IMG/VR virus record: IMGVR_UViG_3300021255_000152
Span: 74,029 to 138,028 of that record
Origin: a virus
Taxonomy: Duplodnaviria; Caudoviricetes
Direction: 5' to 3' (one strand)
Length of the DNA stretch: 64,000 nucleotides
The notes under the pieces are model-generated. The model made no database searches. It saw only the letters and a list, made by a program, of their open reading frames with translations, and was not told the origin of the DNA. The translations under genes and the position numbers were made by a program. Below, piece after piece: positions 9,272-19,800 of this stretch (within the stretch, counting starts at the first letter, position 1; each line of letters opens with the position of its first letter).

Positions 9272-9835
9272 TTAATTATTATCTTCATCATATTGAAGAG
9301 CATCATATCCTATATCTCTATGACGATGACCTTCTAAATCTTCTGCTGTTACATAAAGTTCATCATCACCATGATTTATCTCTAATCGATCATGTTCTTT
9401 AACGATTGGCAATCTGGTTGCTTTTTGATAATATAAGTCACCTTGGCTATTGCCACCTAATGAATTATAAATTTTATGTAGTTCTGCGAGTCTATCAAAT
9501 TGATATTGAGTTATTTCACCTTGAGCGATATACTTTTTACAAGTATTAATTAATTGATATTTATAAAAAGCAAGATTCTGTTCGCGCAAAGTAAGAAAAT
9601 CTCTTTCAACATGTTCGAGATGTTCAACTGCTTCATTATACTTCTTTTGGAAATAATTCATATGGTCCATCATTGTGGCCTTAATAAATTCGGCCATTTC
9701 TGCCTTGTCAAAGGAGGCTGCTTTTTGTTGCGTCTCCTGGCCCTTCTTTGCCAATTGGTCCAAGATTGATTTTATAAGGAATCCTCCAACGGCAACAAGA
9801 ATATAGGTTAATAAGGCATCTGCTGATATTGTCAT
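9272..9835 (-). CDS. Membrane-anchored phage protein (lysis-region type, YxxLGGN motif)
   Basis: N-terminal TM, coiled coil, IYNSLGGNSQG; GGAGG RBS. Confidence 0.65.
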   Translation of the reverse strand: MTISADALLTYILVAVGGFLIKSILDQLAKKGQETQQKAASFDKAEMAEFIKATMMDHMNYFQKKYNEAVEHLEHVERDFLTLREQNLAFYKYQLINTCKKYIAQGEITQYQFDRLAELHKIYNSLGGNSQGDLYYQKATRLPIVKEHDRLEINHGDDELYVTAEDLEGHRHRDIGYDALQYDEDNN

Positions 9836-9904
9836 AATTGCGTCCTCCCTTTCCCTCTTTCAAAGTTTGTCGAATATACTAAAGAAGGTTATAATTAGTC
9901 TTAC

Positions 9905-10408
9905 TTAATTCGACCAATCATAACCCTCTTCCTTAATTAATTTATCTTCTGTTTGCGCGCAAGTACCAATGCATATAGCATCACATTCATCTTGAGTTGC
10001 TTTTATGTTATATGTCTCTTGGACCCATAGCTGCGCGTTCTTTTTTTGTTCTGGACGACGTTTTCCTTTTATCTGTAATTTTGATTTTCAAGTTACAGAA
10101 GGGATAATGATTACTTTCTTATTTAACTCTACAGCAGTCTCATAAACTACACCATAAACATTTGCCAATGTTTTGAAAGTATGAACGTTGTTTCCAACGG
10201 TTGATTGCATTTGTATATCTTCAAAAGCCACAGTATCTATATTTCATTCTGTAAATTTTTGAATCATAAATGCGCGAATTGCTACTAATCTATCTCCAAT
10301 ATCGTCCTGTTCGGTAGTTAGATGTCCTCAATCTTTAAGCTCCCCATCAATGAAGATTGATCATCCAGACACTCTACTTGCCTGATCTAGTGCTAAAATT
10401 CTGGTCAT
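9905..10408 (-). CDS. RuvC-like Holliday junction resolvase, 167 aa, 4 TGA=Trp
   Basis: MTRILALDQASRVSG[W]S...VAFEDIQ...PSVT[W]KS...DECDAICIG. Invisible in the code-11 track. Confidence 0.88.
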
Positions 10409-10652
10409 ATTCCATTACTGCCTCCTCTACTGCATCGTCATATGCCCAAACTCTTTGGGCAAGGCCAGCAGGGTAGGCATATTTATCTACATATAAATGT
10501 ACTTCACCAACGATATTTTTAATCTGTTCATTATCTCCATGAGTTAATAATATCTGAGTTAAACCATTGGTGATTTTAATATATTCATTATCTTGATCTG
10601 TAAGATAATCTGTTTTTCTTACTCTCTTCGCAAGAAATTCATCTAATGTCAT
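10374..10652 (-). CDS. Hypothetical protein
   Basis: Track ORF; start moved to the ATG just after the dUTPase stop. Confidence 0.55.
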   Translation of the reverse strand: MTLDEFLAKRVRKTDYLTDQDNEYIKITNGLTQILLTHGDNEQIKNIVGEVHLYVDKYAYPAGLAQRVWAYDDAVEEAVMEYDQNFSTRSGK

Positions 10653-10653
10653 A

Positions 10654-11196
10654 TTAGTTACCTGTGCTGCCGAAACCGCCTGTACGAGTACCACTTGCCG
10701 CATCATCTTCAGTAGTATTATACTTCATGATAATGCCCTGTCCAATCTTATCTCCTGGCTGGAGAATAATATCTACTGGAGAAAGATTAATAATCTGGAA
10801 GAAAATTTCTCCATCATTGGATTCATTTCCATAATAATCTGCATCAATAATTCCGACTCCATTAGCTAAAATAAGCCAATTATTTAATGGAGTAGAACTA
10901 CGCACGGAAATCTGTAGATATTCATCTGGATCGAGCTTGCATTTAATTCCAGTAGGAACTAATGTTGGTTTCAAGCCTGTCTGTTTTGTGATATTCTTTA
11001 AACTATCTAAACCGTACGGAATTCTCTTAGCCGTGAAATCCTCTAAATCTTCCATTAAATTCCAATATGATGGAACTAAAATCTGGTCTGAAACCATGAA
11101 ATCATATCCTGCTGAATTAGCAGTTGCGCGAGTTGGAATTGTTGCCCCAACCTTATCTCCATCGCTTAATCTCTTTACTACTTCAAATTTAGCCAT
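10654..11196 (-). CDS. dut: Trimeric dUTPase
   Basis: SAGYD, RSS, GIIDADYYG, GQGI, RTGGFGSTG motifs. Confidence 0.95.
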   Translation of the reverse strand: MAKFEVVKRLSDGDKVGATIPTRATANSAGYDFMVSDQILVPSYWNLMEDLEDFTAKRIPYGLDSLKNITKQTGLKPTLVPTGIKCKLDPDEYLQISVRSSTPLNNWLILANGVGIIDADYYGNESNDGEIFFQIINLSPVDIILQPGDKIGQGIIMKYNTTEDDAASGTRTGGFGSTGN

Positions 11197-11207
11197 TTAT
11201 ATTCTCC

Positions 11208-11462
11208 TTAAATATCATAATCTACATCATAATCAACTTTAATATGCTGACTTGGTTCTTTAATATCGTTAAAATTCTTTGTAAGCTGAACCTTAAAGTA
11301 GGAATCAACAACTTCACCCTTAGAAGTCTTTTCTTTATATTCAGAACTATATTTTCCAAGTTCGAACATTGAAGAAGACTTCGCATCTTCGATTAGCTTT
11401 TTAGCTTCATCATCTGTATCTACTCGATATGTTTCAACTGTACTTACTAAAAATTTACTCAT
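11208..11462 (-). CDS. Hypothetical protein
   Basis: Operonic ORF with overlapping neighbours. Confidence 0.65.
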   Translation of the reverse strand: MSKFLVSTVETYRVDTDDEAKKLIEDAKSSSMFELGKYSSEYKEKTSKGEVVDSYFKVQLTKNFNDIKEPSQHIKVDYDVDYDI

Positions 11463-11739
11463 TATTAGGCCCTTTCTTATCCATATAAATATTCAATATT
11501 CTATTACTAAACTTTGTCTTATTAATATCTATAATTTGATTTTTAATATCAACAGAAAATTCAGGATAACCTACAAGATGAATTTCGTCAATATTATTTT
11601 CATTACTATATCTGGCTAAAAAATTTGCAAGATTTTCCATGGGAATTTTTGCCACAACTCTCAAGCCAGAATCACCATCTTTTACATAAACCATTTGGTC
11701 ATATGCAAAGAGATCTACTTTACAATAAATTACTGACAT
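11455..11739 (-). CDS. Hypothetical protein (probable paralog of 12563..12802)
   Basis: Operonic ORF; shared C-x-[VI]-D...QM pattern. Confidence 0.6.
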   Translation of the reverse strand: MSVIYCKVDLFAYDQMVYVKDGDSGLRVVAKIPMENLANFLARYSNENNIDEIHLVGYPEFSVDIKNQIIDINKTKFSNRILNIYMDKKGPNNE

Positions 11740-12224
11740 TCTATTACTCCTTCTTCATATGGGAACAGATAATATACATGAGAATCGTTATCATGAGTAA
11801 TCCAGCATTCAAACGAACCATTATCTAATAATTCGATTGATTTAACCTGACCTCTACTCTTTAAACAATCCATAACTTCTACACCAAATGGCAATTTATG
11901 ATATTGTCTAGTGACAAACATTGTGTAATAACGTTCATCATTACTTAAAAGCATATAATATTGCTTGTTTGTCTCTTCACGCCACTTAGTAAATTCATCA
12001 GTCTTGGCACTAAGTTCTTCTTCAGAGCATTCTGGAAGACCTGTAATTGCAGCCTGATTGATTTCATATAATGTAGTATTAACTCCTTTTGGAGATACAT
12101 AACTTTGCCAGTTACTTCCATCCCATTTGTACATAACCCTGGTATCTTCAACCAAGGCCAGTTCATTAATCTTATTATTTTCTTTAAGTTTCCTTAAAGT
12201 TTTAATATCCTTAACTCTTAGCAT
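11730..12224 (-). CDS. Hypothetical protein
   Basis: AGGAG RBS, operonic. Confidence 0.7.
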   Translation of the reverse strand: MLRVKDIKTLRKLKENNKINELALVEDTRVMYKWDGSNWQSYVSPKGVNTTLYEINQAAITGLPECSEEELSAKTDEFTKWREETNKQYYMLLSNDERYYTMFVTRQYHKLPFGVEVMDCLKSRGQVKSIELLDNGSFECWITHDNDSHVYYLFPYEEGVIECQ

Positions 12225-12227
12225 ATA

Positions 12228-12509
12228 TTATCTCCTGCGGTACTTATATGCGTTTTTCCAACCATTCCATTTCTGAATTAGAGGAATTACATTATCTAGC
12301 GGAATTTCAAAAGTAAATTGCACTATTTGTTTCTGATTTATTTGGTCTGTCATGAGACTCATACTTGTATTGCAACCTTTTGGAATCTCTAGTGCTTTAT
12401 TAAACAACGACAAAATAGTGGCTAATTTTTCTCTTCTAATTGGAGTCATAAGCCTATTATTCATTTTCTGATTCATTACTTCTCTGATTTGTTCTGTATT
12501 ACTTTTCAT
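12228..12509 (-). CDS. Hypothetical protein
   Basis: ORF immediately downstream of a promoter. Confidence 0.55.
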   Translation of the reverse strand: MKSNTEQIREVMNQKMNNRLMTPIRREKLATILSLFNKALEIPKGCNTSMSLMTDQINQKQIVQFTFEIPLDNVIPLIQKWNGWKNAYKYRRR

Positions 12510-12515
12510 ATATTT

Positions 12516-12544
12516 ATTATATCATAAAAAATAAAAAAAGGCAA
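12516..12544 (-). promoter_or_regulatory. sigmaA-type promoter with extended -10, overlapping an upstream terminator hairpin
   Basis: TTGCCT-N17-TATAAT with TGn; the -35 lies in the arm of hairpin aggcaagaatt/aattcttgcct. Confidence 0.65.
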
Positions 12545-12562
12545 GAATTAAAAATTCTTGCC

Positions 12563-12802
12563 TTAAATTGCTTCTAATACAATGTTTGAGTTTTGATACA
12601 TTGTTTTGAACTTATAAATAAGTTCTAAAGATTCAAAATAAGAACCTTCAATGAAGATTTTTTTATATCCTGTTTTTTCGCAAAGTCCATGCATATAAAC
12701 AGGAAGTTCGTCAAAAGGAACCCAATACTCCTCGTTTGAAAAATTATTTCTAATCATTTGTTTGGTAGAGTATGGGTCAATATAACAAGTAAAGTTTTCC
12801 AT
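12563..12802 (-). CDS. Hypothetical protein
   Basis: Open ORF between the FNT gene and a terminator. Confidence 0.55.
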   Translation of the reverse strand: MENFTCYIDPYSTKQMIRNNFSNEEYWVPFDELPVYMHGLCEKTGYKKIFIEGSYFESLELIYKFKTMYQNSNIVLEAI

Positions 12803-12822
12803 AAAAACCTATCTCTCTCCTT

Positions 12823-13383
12823 TTAATTCAATAAAAATTCTACCAATTTAGCTCCTAAAATATTACCAATTATTACGAGGCAAAATTTACCAAGTGGAAT
12901 TAATCCAGGAGCGTACCATAAGTTTGCCATATCAGCGATACAGTGTTCTGCACCGACTAAGATAAATACCATAATGCAAAGTATAGTAATTATTTTACTT
13001 GTCTTTGCTCGGGTTGCGGTATGGATTAACATTCCGCACACTGTTCCCATCGCCAACATTTGATACCAGGGTTTGGCAAATTTAGCTATTGAAGCTTGCT
13101 GTAAAGTAGAAACATAATTTGGATTAGTGCTAAATAAGAATATCGTAATTAACATTCCAATAGCATTTCCAATATAAATTATGGTTAATGTTTTTGGTGA
13201 AAAGGTTGAAAATCCAACTTTTCCAGTGTATAGATTTAATTGTAATTCAAAGACAGCTAATAAACCTAAACTAAATAAGAAAGCCCCTAAATATGGATTT
13301 TCTACCAATGTCTTAGCTGCAACGCCAAGGCCAATCATAATACCAGCTAGAATTGCTTTTTTAAACATTTTACTATCAATCAT
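12823..13383 (-). CDS. Formate/nitrite transporter (FNT/FocA) family channel
   Basis: AILAGIMIGLG, FSLGL..LNLYTG, GNAIG, FILVGAEHCIADM, GNILG; ~6 TM. Confidence 0.82.
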   Translation of the reverse strand: MIDSKMFKKAILAGIMIGLGVAAKTLVENPYLGAFLFSLGLLAVFELQLNLYTGKVGFSTFSPKTLTIIYIGNAIGMLITIFLFSTNPNYVSTLQQASIAKFAKPWYQMLAMGTVCGMLIHTATRAKTSKIITILCIMVFILVGAEHCIADMANLWYAPGLIPLGKFCLVIIGNILGAKLVEFLLN

Positions 13384-13871
13384 TAAAAGTCTATTCCTTT
13401 TTTCCTTATTTTTTGATTTCTACTACCTCTTAATTTAAGAGTAATATCTCTTTGTTCTTCTATATACGGACCATCTATAAGAACATCTATTTTATCAAGA
13501 ATTGCTCTAGCTTCTCTGGCAAAGGAATATTCTTTTAATTCTTCTAACGTATATCCAGTCCAAAGAAATATTTTAATATCCGGAAACATATCTCTAATAT
13601 AACATACTATAGTTTCAGTTTGATAAATATTTTCTGGACAAAGAGGTTCTCCACCTAATATACTAAAATTGCGTTGAATACCGTTTGCGCGAATAGCTTC
13701 TTTGACTTGTTTTAATAGGTCCCAAGGTTGTTCTAATCCGCCATCAAAATCCCAAGTTTCTGGATTATGACATCCTGGGCAATGATGAGGACAGCCCTGT
13801 ACCCAATAAGACACGCATACGCCTTCTCCATTTGCTATATCATTTTTTATTAATCCAGCATATTTTCTCAT
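13383..13871 (-). CDS. nrdG: Anaerobic RNR activase
   Basis: QGCPHHCPGCHNPETW, LGGEP, DVLIDGPY, RGSRNQ. Confidence 0.95.
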   Translation of the reverse strand: MRKYAGLIKNDIANGEGVCVSYWVQGCPHHCPGCHNPETWDFDGGLEQPWDLLKQVKEAIRANGIQRNFSILGGEPLCPENIYQTETIVCYIRDMFPDIKIFLWTGYTLEELKEYSFAREARAILDKIDVLIDGPYIEEQRDITLKLRGSRNQKIRKKGIDF

Positions 13872-16150
13872 TATCGTTTCCAACTATCAATATCTTTTGA
13901 ATGCTTAAAGCGCATTTCTACTTCCTGTTGTTTTCCTTTGTTAAATGCGGTTGTATAGTTTCCTGTTAGATAACCTGTTACTCGACGAAGACGCTGAATA
14001 TTGTGTCCTCCGCACATAGGACAGGTATCATTCATATCATCTGTATATCCGCAATCTAAACATGTATCATTTGGTACATTGATTGCAAAATATGGAATAT
14101 CTTTATCCATCGCATAATTTACAATAGTTTCAAGTGCTTCCAAGTTATTCTTGGCACTTGATTCCAATTCAACATATGTAATGCATCCAGCATTTGAATA
14201 TCCAGTTAATTGAGATTCAATATCAATTTTTGTAAATGGATCCATATCGACCCAAACTGGAACATGAATACTATTTGTGAAGAATTCATTTTCAGAAACA
14301 TCTCGAATAACTCCATATTTTTCCTTGAACTTCTGCATTGCTGTGTAGCAAAGGTTCTCAGCAGGTGTGTAATAAACACCAAAGTTTAAATGTTCTTCTT
14401 GTTTAAATTCTGCACAACGATCCTTAAATAATTGTTCAATGCGTTTAGCTACTTCCATACCTCTTGGATCAGTATGATCACAGCCAATAAGAATCTGAAG
14501 TGTTTCTGCAAGACCAAGCTGACCAATTACAAGTGTGCCATGTTTGAGCGCACTTCTAATGCCTTCTTCTGGATGATAGCCAAGCATTGTGCCATTTTCA
14601 TACATGAACTTAGCTGAATCTGGAGATTGCGCGCACATCCATTCATAACGCTCTTTAAGCATATCTCTTGCTTCATGAAGTTTAATATCTAATAAATCCA
14701 AAAACTCTTCAACAATATCATATGCAGATTCTTCACTATTAGATAATTTAGCGTATGTTTCAATCTTCTCTTTTGTCATCATAGCAAGAGTTGGCAAAAT
14801 AATTGTTACAGGAGCAAGATTTCCACGGCCATCCTTTGTTTGCGGATTTGTTCCAGGTTCTGCATTAATATCAGCACCATTATATGTGCGGCAACCCATT
14901 GTGGATACGTATGTATTAGGGTCATTTCTATCATAACCTGCGTTTGTACTCCAATCTACATTAACATAGTTTGGATATAATCTCTGCGCAGTTGATTTAA
15001 GTGCAAGCTGGAATAAATCATAATTAGGCTCTCCTGGCTTACGATTTACACCTTTCATGCATTGGAAGATACCACAAGGGAAAATTGAAGTTTTATGTAA
15101 TCTACCAAGACCTTCAATAGAAACATTGAGAATTTCTTCAGTAACCATTCTTCCTTCTAGAAGAGTGCATGTACCATAGTTAATAGATGTGAATGGGAGC
15201 TGATTTCCACTACGCGATTGAAGAGTATTTAAATTATGGTACATACCTTCAACTGCTTGATGAATTTCACGCCATGTCATATCCATAGCATAGTCATAAG
15301 CATTTGGACAATTTAAGTCTTTATAGAAATCACCATCAATGGCTATATCTTTAGCATCTACATCATCAGAAAGAGCATCAATTATTTTTCCTTCGATATA
15401 ATGCACTCCATCTTTAAAGTGTTTATAGAAACTTTTTCTAACATAAGGAACCATTGTCCAGTCAATATGACTTGCACTAACGCCTCCAAATTGCTGTAAA
15501 GACTGAAGCTGGAAAATTACGGCAACCAACTGGAAAGCAGTATTTACAGAATTAGCTGGGCGCACATCACTCTGACGAGTATTAAATCCTTCTGCTAATA
15601 ACTTGTCAAATGGAATAGTTAAACAATTATGCATTCCAACAGCATATGAATCTAAATCGTGAATATAAATTTCATTGTTTAAGTGGTTGTTGCGAGACAT
15701 TTCAGACATGCAATAATCAAGCGCAAATTTTTTAGTTAATGCTCTACTGGCTTCTCCTACTCGTCCTCCAAAAGAATGTTCATCAACATTAGCGTTTTGA
15801 TTCTGAACATCGCTTGCATCAAGTTTTCTAGCAACTTCTTTCATGAAGGTTGTGTTGTGTTCGCGCACACGCTGACGCTCGTAGCGATAGTGCATATAGG
15901 AACGTGCAACGTCTTTGCGGCGACAACTCATTAAGCCATTTTCAACCAAATCTTGAATATCTTCTACATTCAATGTTTTTTCAGATGCCTTAACTTTGTC
16001 TTCTACATAATCTGCGATATTCTTTGCTTTTTGTTCTGCGTACTCTGTGACTTCTCCATCAACATCTAAGAAAGCAGACAAGATTGCCTGCTCAATTTTC
16101 ATTGGGTTAAAGCCTTGAATAGTACCGTCTCGTTTTTCAATAAATAACAT
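13871..16150 (-). CDS. nrdD: Class III anaerobic ribonucleotide reductase
   Basis: N-terminal ATP cone, IYIHDLD, MGCRT, TPAENL, CxxC..CxxC, RRVTGYL glycyl-radical motif. Confidence 0.97.
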   Translation of the reverse strand: MLFIEKRDGTIQGFNPMKIEQAILSAFLDVDGEVTEYAEQKAKNIADYVEDKVKASEKTLNVEDIQDLVENGLMSCRRKDVARSYMHYRYERQRVREHNTTFMKEVARKLDASDVQNQNANVDEHSFGGRVGEASRALTKKFALDYCMSEMSRNNHLNNEIYIHDLDSYAVGMHNCLTIPFDKLLAEGFNTRQSDVRPANSVNTAFQLVAVIFQLQSLQQFGGVSASHIDWTMVPYVRKSFYKHFKDGVHYIEGKIIDALSDDVDAKDIAIDGDFYKDLNCPNAYDYAMDMTWREIHQAVEGMYHNLNTLQSRSGNQLPFTSINYGTCTLLEGRMVTEEILNVSIEGLGRLHKTSIFPCGIFQCMKGVNRKPGEPNYDLFQLALKSTAQRLYPNYVNVDWSTNAGYDRNDPNTYVSTMGCRTYNGADINAEPGTNPQTKDGRGNLAPVTIILPTLAMMTKEKIETYAKLSNSEESAYDIVEEFLDLLDIKLHEARDMLKERYEWMCAQSPDSAKFMYENGTMLGYHPEEGIRSALKHGTLVIGQLGLAETLQILIGCDHTDPRGMEVAKRIEQLFKDRCAEFKQEEHLNFGVYYTPAENLCYTAMQKFKEKYGVIRDVSENEFFTNSIHVPVWVDMDPFTKIDIESQLTGYSNAGCITYVELESSAKNNLEALETIVNYAMDKDIPYFAINVPNDTCLDCGYTDDMNDTCPMCGGHNIQRLRRVTGYLTGNYTTAFNKGKQQEVEMRFKHSKDIDSWKR

Positions 16151-16208
16151 TTCGTTTTCCTCCTAAGTAGTTAAAATATTTCTAGGAATCGTAGCGATTC
16201 AGTATTAT

Positions 16209-16805
16209 TTAATTTTCATTTTTGATATATTCTCTTTTTTCGGCCTCTTTAATAAATTGAACTATTTCATAAACAGTTTCAATTCCATTTTGTGAGTTAT
16301 CCACACAGAAACGATCTTCTGGCGGTAGCATCTGTAAGCTATAATGAATTCCTGCAAAATCTGCTTCATCAGTCTCATATCTTCGGAAAATTTCTTTAAT
16401 ATCGGGATTTTCTTCTCTTTGTAATTGACGAATTAAACGAACTTTATCATTGGCCAATAGATAAATAACACGTACTCTATCTACTTCGCTTTCTATAAGG
16501 TCATATAATCCGTCCGGATTAAATACACCAATATTAATTTTTTCTTCACTTAAATCTTCATATCGAGTACCATACCACCATCCATTAAATGATTGATATT
16601 CAAGGAATTTATCATGATTGTTCTTAAAATATTCAGGCGAGACAAAATGATAATCCTTGCCCTCAACCTCGCCCTCACGAGGAGGGCGAGAAGTGCAAGA
16701 TACAATACCATGAGCGTCTATATTTTTTAAAACCTTTTTTAAAATGTAATCTTTTCCGCTGCCAGCTTTGCCGATAATCGCATATACTCTAATCATCTTC
16801 GTCAT
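16209..16805 (-). CDS. gmk: Guanylate kinase-like nucleotide kinase
   Basis: GKAGSGKD, TSRPPREGEVEGKDYHF, YGT. Confidence 0.85.
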   Translation of the reverse strand: MTKMIRVYAIIGKAGSGKDYILKKVLKNIDAHGIVSCTSRPPREGEVEGKDYHFVSPEYFKNNHDKFLEYQSFNGWWYGTRYEDLSEEKINIGVFNPDGLYDLIESEVDRVRVIYLLANDKVRLIRQLQREENPDIKEIFRRYETDEADFAGIHYSLQMLPPEDRFCVDNSQNGIETVYEIVQFIKEAEKREYIKNEN

Positions 16806-19800
16806 ATTCTCCTTGCGCTCTTGTCGTTTGTAATGTAATATCTCCATTAGGGAAGATTTCAGCTATTTTATATAATTGATGTCCTTGACTATTACTATAT
16901 TTACGAGGAATGAATGTATCACCATTTCTGATTCCCTGAACAACAATCATATTTCCTCTATTAAACCAGCTCTTTTCAATAACATGTTTAACACCGTCAC
17001 TGCCAAGAGCAGAAATCTGTTTGTCAAATAAAGCAAAATATTCTTTTCTAAATTTAACATCCACAACCCCATTAGTGGTTAATAGAGTTACTGTTGAACG
17101 CACCTTATCTTTAGCAATGCATGTGCCGCAAATGCGCGCAAGCTGAAATCTATTAATGGTATGACCAGTTTTAGTTCTATAAGTTTCAACTACTACTGGT
17201 TCTTCTGGAATATCATTGAAGTTTTGATAACCATACTTCTTCATATTTAAATGTGCTAATTCATGCTCATGATAGTAGAAGCACAATACTTCCATTTCCC
17301 AAGCAGAAAGCGTACCTGACGCATATTTTTCCCAATCGTCTTTAAAGATAATATCATTTAAATTTTGCAATGCTATATCTTTGTTTGCGGTAATCCAAGA
17401 ACGAAGTGTATCCATATATGTCTGATAAACTTTGTCCCACTTTTTTGCATCAAGAGTTAAATCATTTTCAATTAAATCTTCTCTTTCAATTTTTGTGAGG
17501 AAATTTATCGCACGATCTGTGAGTCGATAAACTGTTTTCTGCGGTGTGGCGCAAATCTTTTTTAAGTAGCGTGTAAATTCATATACACTACGAGCCTTTT
17601 TAATACTAGGATTATCTTCTGGAAGAATCTTATACTTAATAAGACTGTTCATATTTTGAAGCGTTAATCTCTGCTTTTTATCGCAGGTTTCCCAAATATA
17701 CCAAGCCATGAGTTCTTTACGATCCATCATATTATCAAAGGCGCCGCCCTTAATAAGACTGATCATTGCTTGTTTATTTGGATGAACTTTCATCAAAAAC
17801 TCTTTGGGTGATTTATATGGACGATTTGCTATTGCAGCATCAATAACATCGTCGCCAACGTTAAGCATACTCTTTAAGCCGAATAGAATCTGATTGTTCT
17901 CAATATCTGGTTCAAATCCAAGAGCAGAACGATTAATATCAACAAGGCTAACTTTAATACCCTCATTCATAATATCGCCTAATGCCTTAGCCATTTTAAC
18001 GTAGTTAGTAGAACCACCACCAACAGAACCACTATTTACAGTAAGACAAGCAGTGTTCCAATAAATCGGATTAAAATGCGTGCCAATATATGCGGTTTGG
18101 AAACCGATGAATGAATATGCTAATGCATGAATAATGGAGAATGAATAACCCATCTGCGGGCCAGCACCATATTGCCATACATAGCGTCCCAGTGCTTCAC
18201 TCTTCGCTTGCTTATAAACCTTTTCGCGTAACTCAGGAATCTTAGACATTTGTTTCTTACCAACGATCTTACGTGCAGAGTTGGCTTCACCAAGAGTAAA
18301 TCCGCAAATATTGGGATCCATAAGCATAGTCATTAACTGCTCCTGGCTTGGTGGAACTCCATAAGAAGATAAGAAGTATGGTTCAAGTGTTTTCTGTTCT
18401 TCTGGGCTTAATCCAGCTTTACGCATTTCATCGTACCAAAGACTAATGTCCTTTTTATAGCGAACATATTTATCCATCGGCGTTTCAGCACCTTTTTCGG
18501 CAGTCATGAGTCGCATGAGGCCGTTTGCGTCTGCCAACTCAAGAATAGTTTTTGGTTGGATTTTCTTTGCGGCCTGTGCGCCAACCATAGAATCGAACTG
18601 GAAAATATTAATTACAGTTCCGTTTTCAATGGCATCCCAAGCTTTCTTGTCATCAAGAGGAAGAACCTCTGGGTGGAAGTATTTATCATATACTTGGCGT
18701 AAAGTTAAATCAGATTCAATCTCTCCATTTTCTTGGAGCAATCTAATTGTTTCGACAAGTTTATCTTGCACATCAGTAACAAGGAAGTCAAATTTAGTCA
18801 TGCCCATAGATTCGCACATATGGAGATCAAACTGTGTAATTACATCTCCTCCTGGTGTTTTCATAAAGGCGCCAAATTCATATGGGTCTTCGTCAAAGAA
18901 GATAACACCAGAAGCGTGAGAACCTCTTTGTTTAATAAGGCCCTGAATACCAAGCATAATATCAATTAAACCTGGATAGTTTTCAACTTCATTTATAAAT
19001 TGAATAATAGGCTGTCTTTCTTTCTCAACGTTGCCATACATAACATCTTCGAGAGGCCAAATAAAGCCTCGTTCAGAAGGCACAAGAGAAGAAAGATACT
19101 GTGCTTGATCAACATCAATTCCATTAGGGAAATCTTCAGAACGATAACCTCTACAAGCTGTAAGAATTGCGCTTTTAGTTGATTCTGTGCCGTAAGTGGC
19201 GATAAGGGTGCATCCAAGATTTCGACGTGCCAAATCATCAACATCAGCATTAAAATTCTGACCACGCTCTTCTTTAATCTTCTCAATAATCATTGGACGT
19301 TTAGAAGGACATAGGTCAATATCAATATCTCCTAACTCAATACGTTCTTTATTGAGATAACGGAAGAATGGAAGATTCCATTGAATTGGGTCAAGCTGTG
19401 TAACACCTAAAAGGTAATGATTCAATCCTGAACAAGATGAACCACGACCTGCGCCAACCATGCTGCCGCAATCCCAGAACATATTGATATAATGTTGAAG
19501 GGTTACAGGATAACAGAACATATTAGTTTCAAGTTTTTCACCAATGGTTCTTTTAATATCTGCTTCTTCCTCAAGGCGCGCAAGATATGTAGGAGTATTT
19601 TTATTAAGTTCGTTTAACTTCTTAATACATGTATTTACCCAATATCTTTCATAAATATCATCAGAAATATACATAGATGAAAGAGTAGGATAATTATTTT
19701 CAAAGAAATCTCCTTGTCTGCTAACAGGTTTAGGATAATCTTTAACTTTTACTCTTGGAATTTGCTGTTTATGCTGAATTGAAAAGTTTTCAATCTTATT

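Noticed and set aside
1-10408. Fragmented rSAM, lysin, GT8 and RuvC genes as pseudogenes or sequencing errors
   Set aside because: All interruptions are TGA, in frame, with no frameshifts, often at conserved Trp positions, and a cognate tRNA(UCA) is present.
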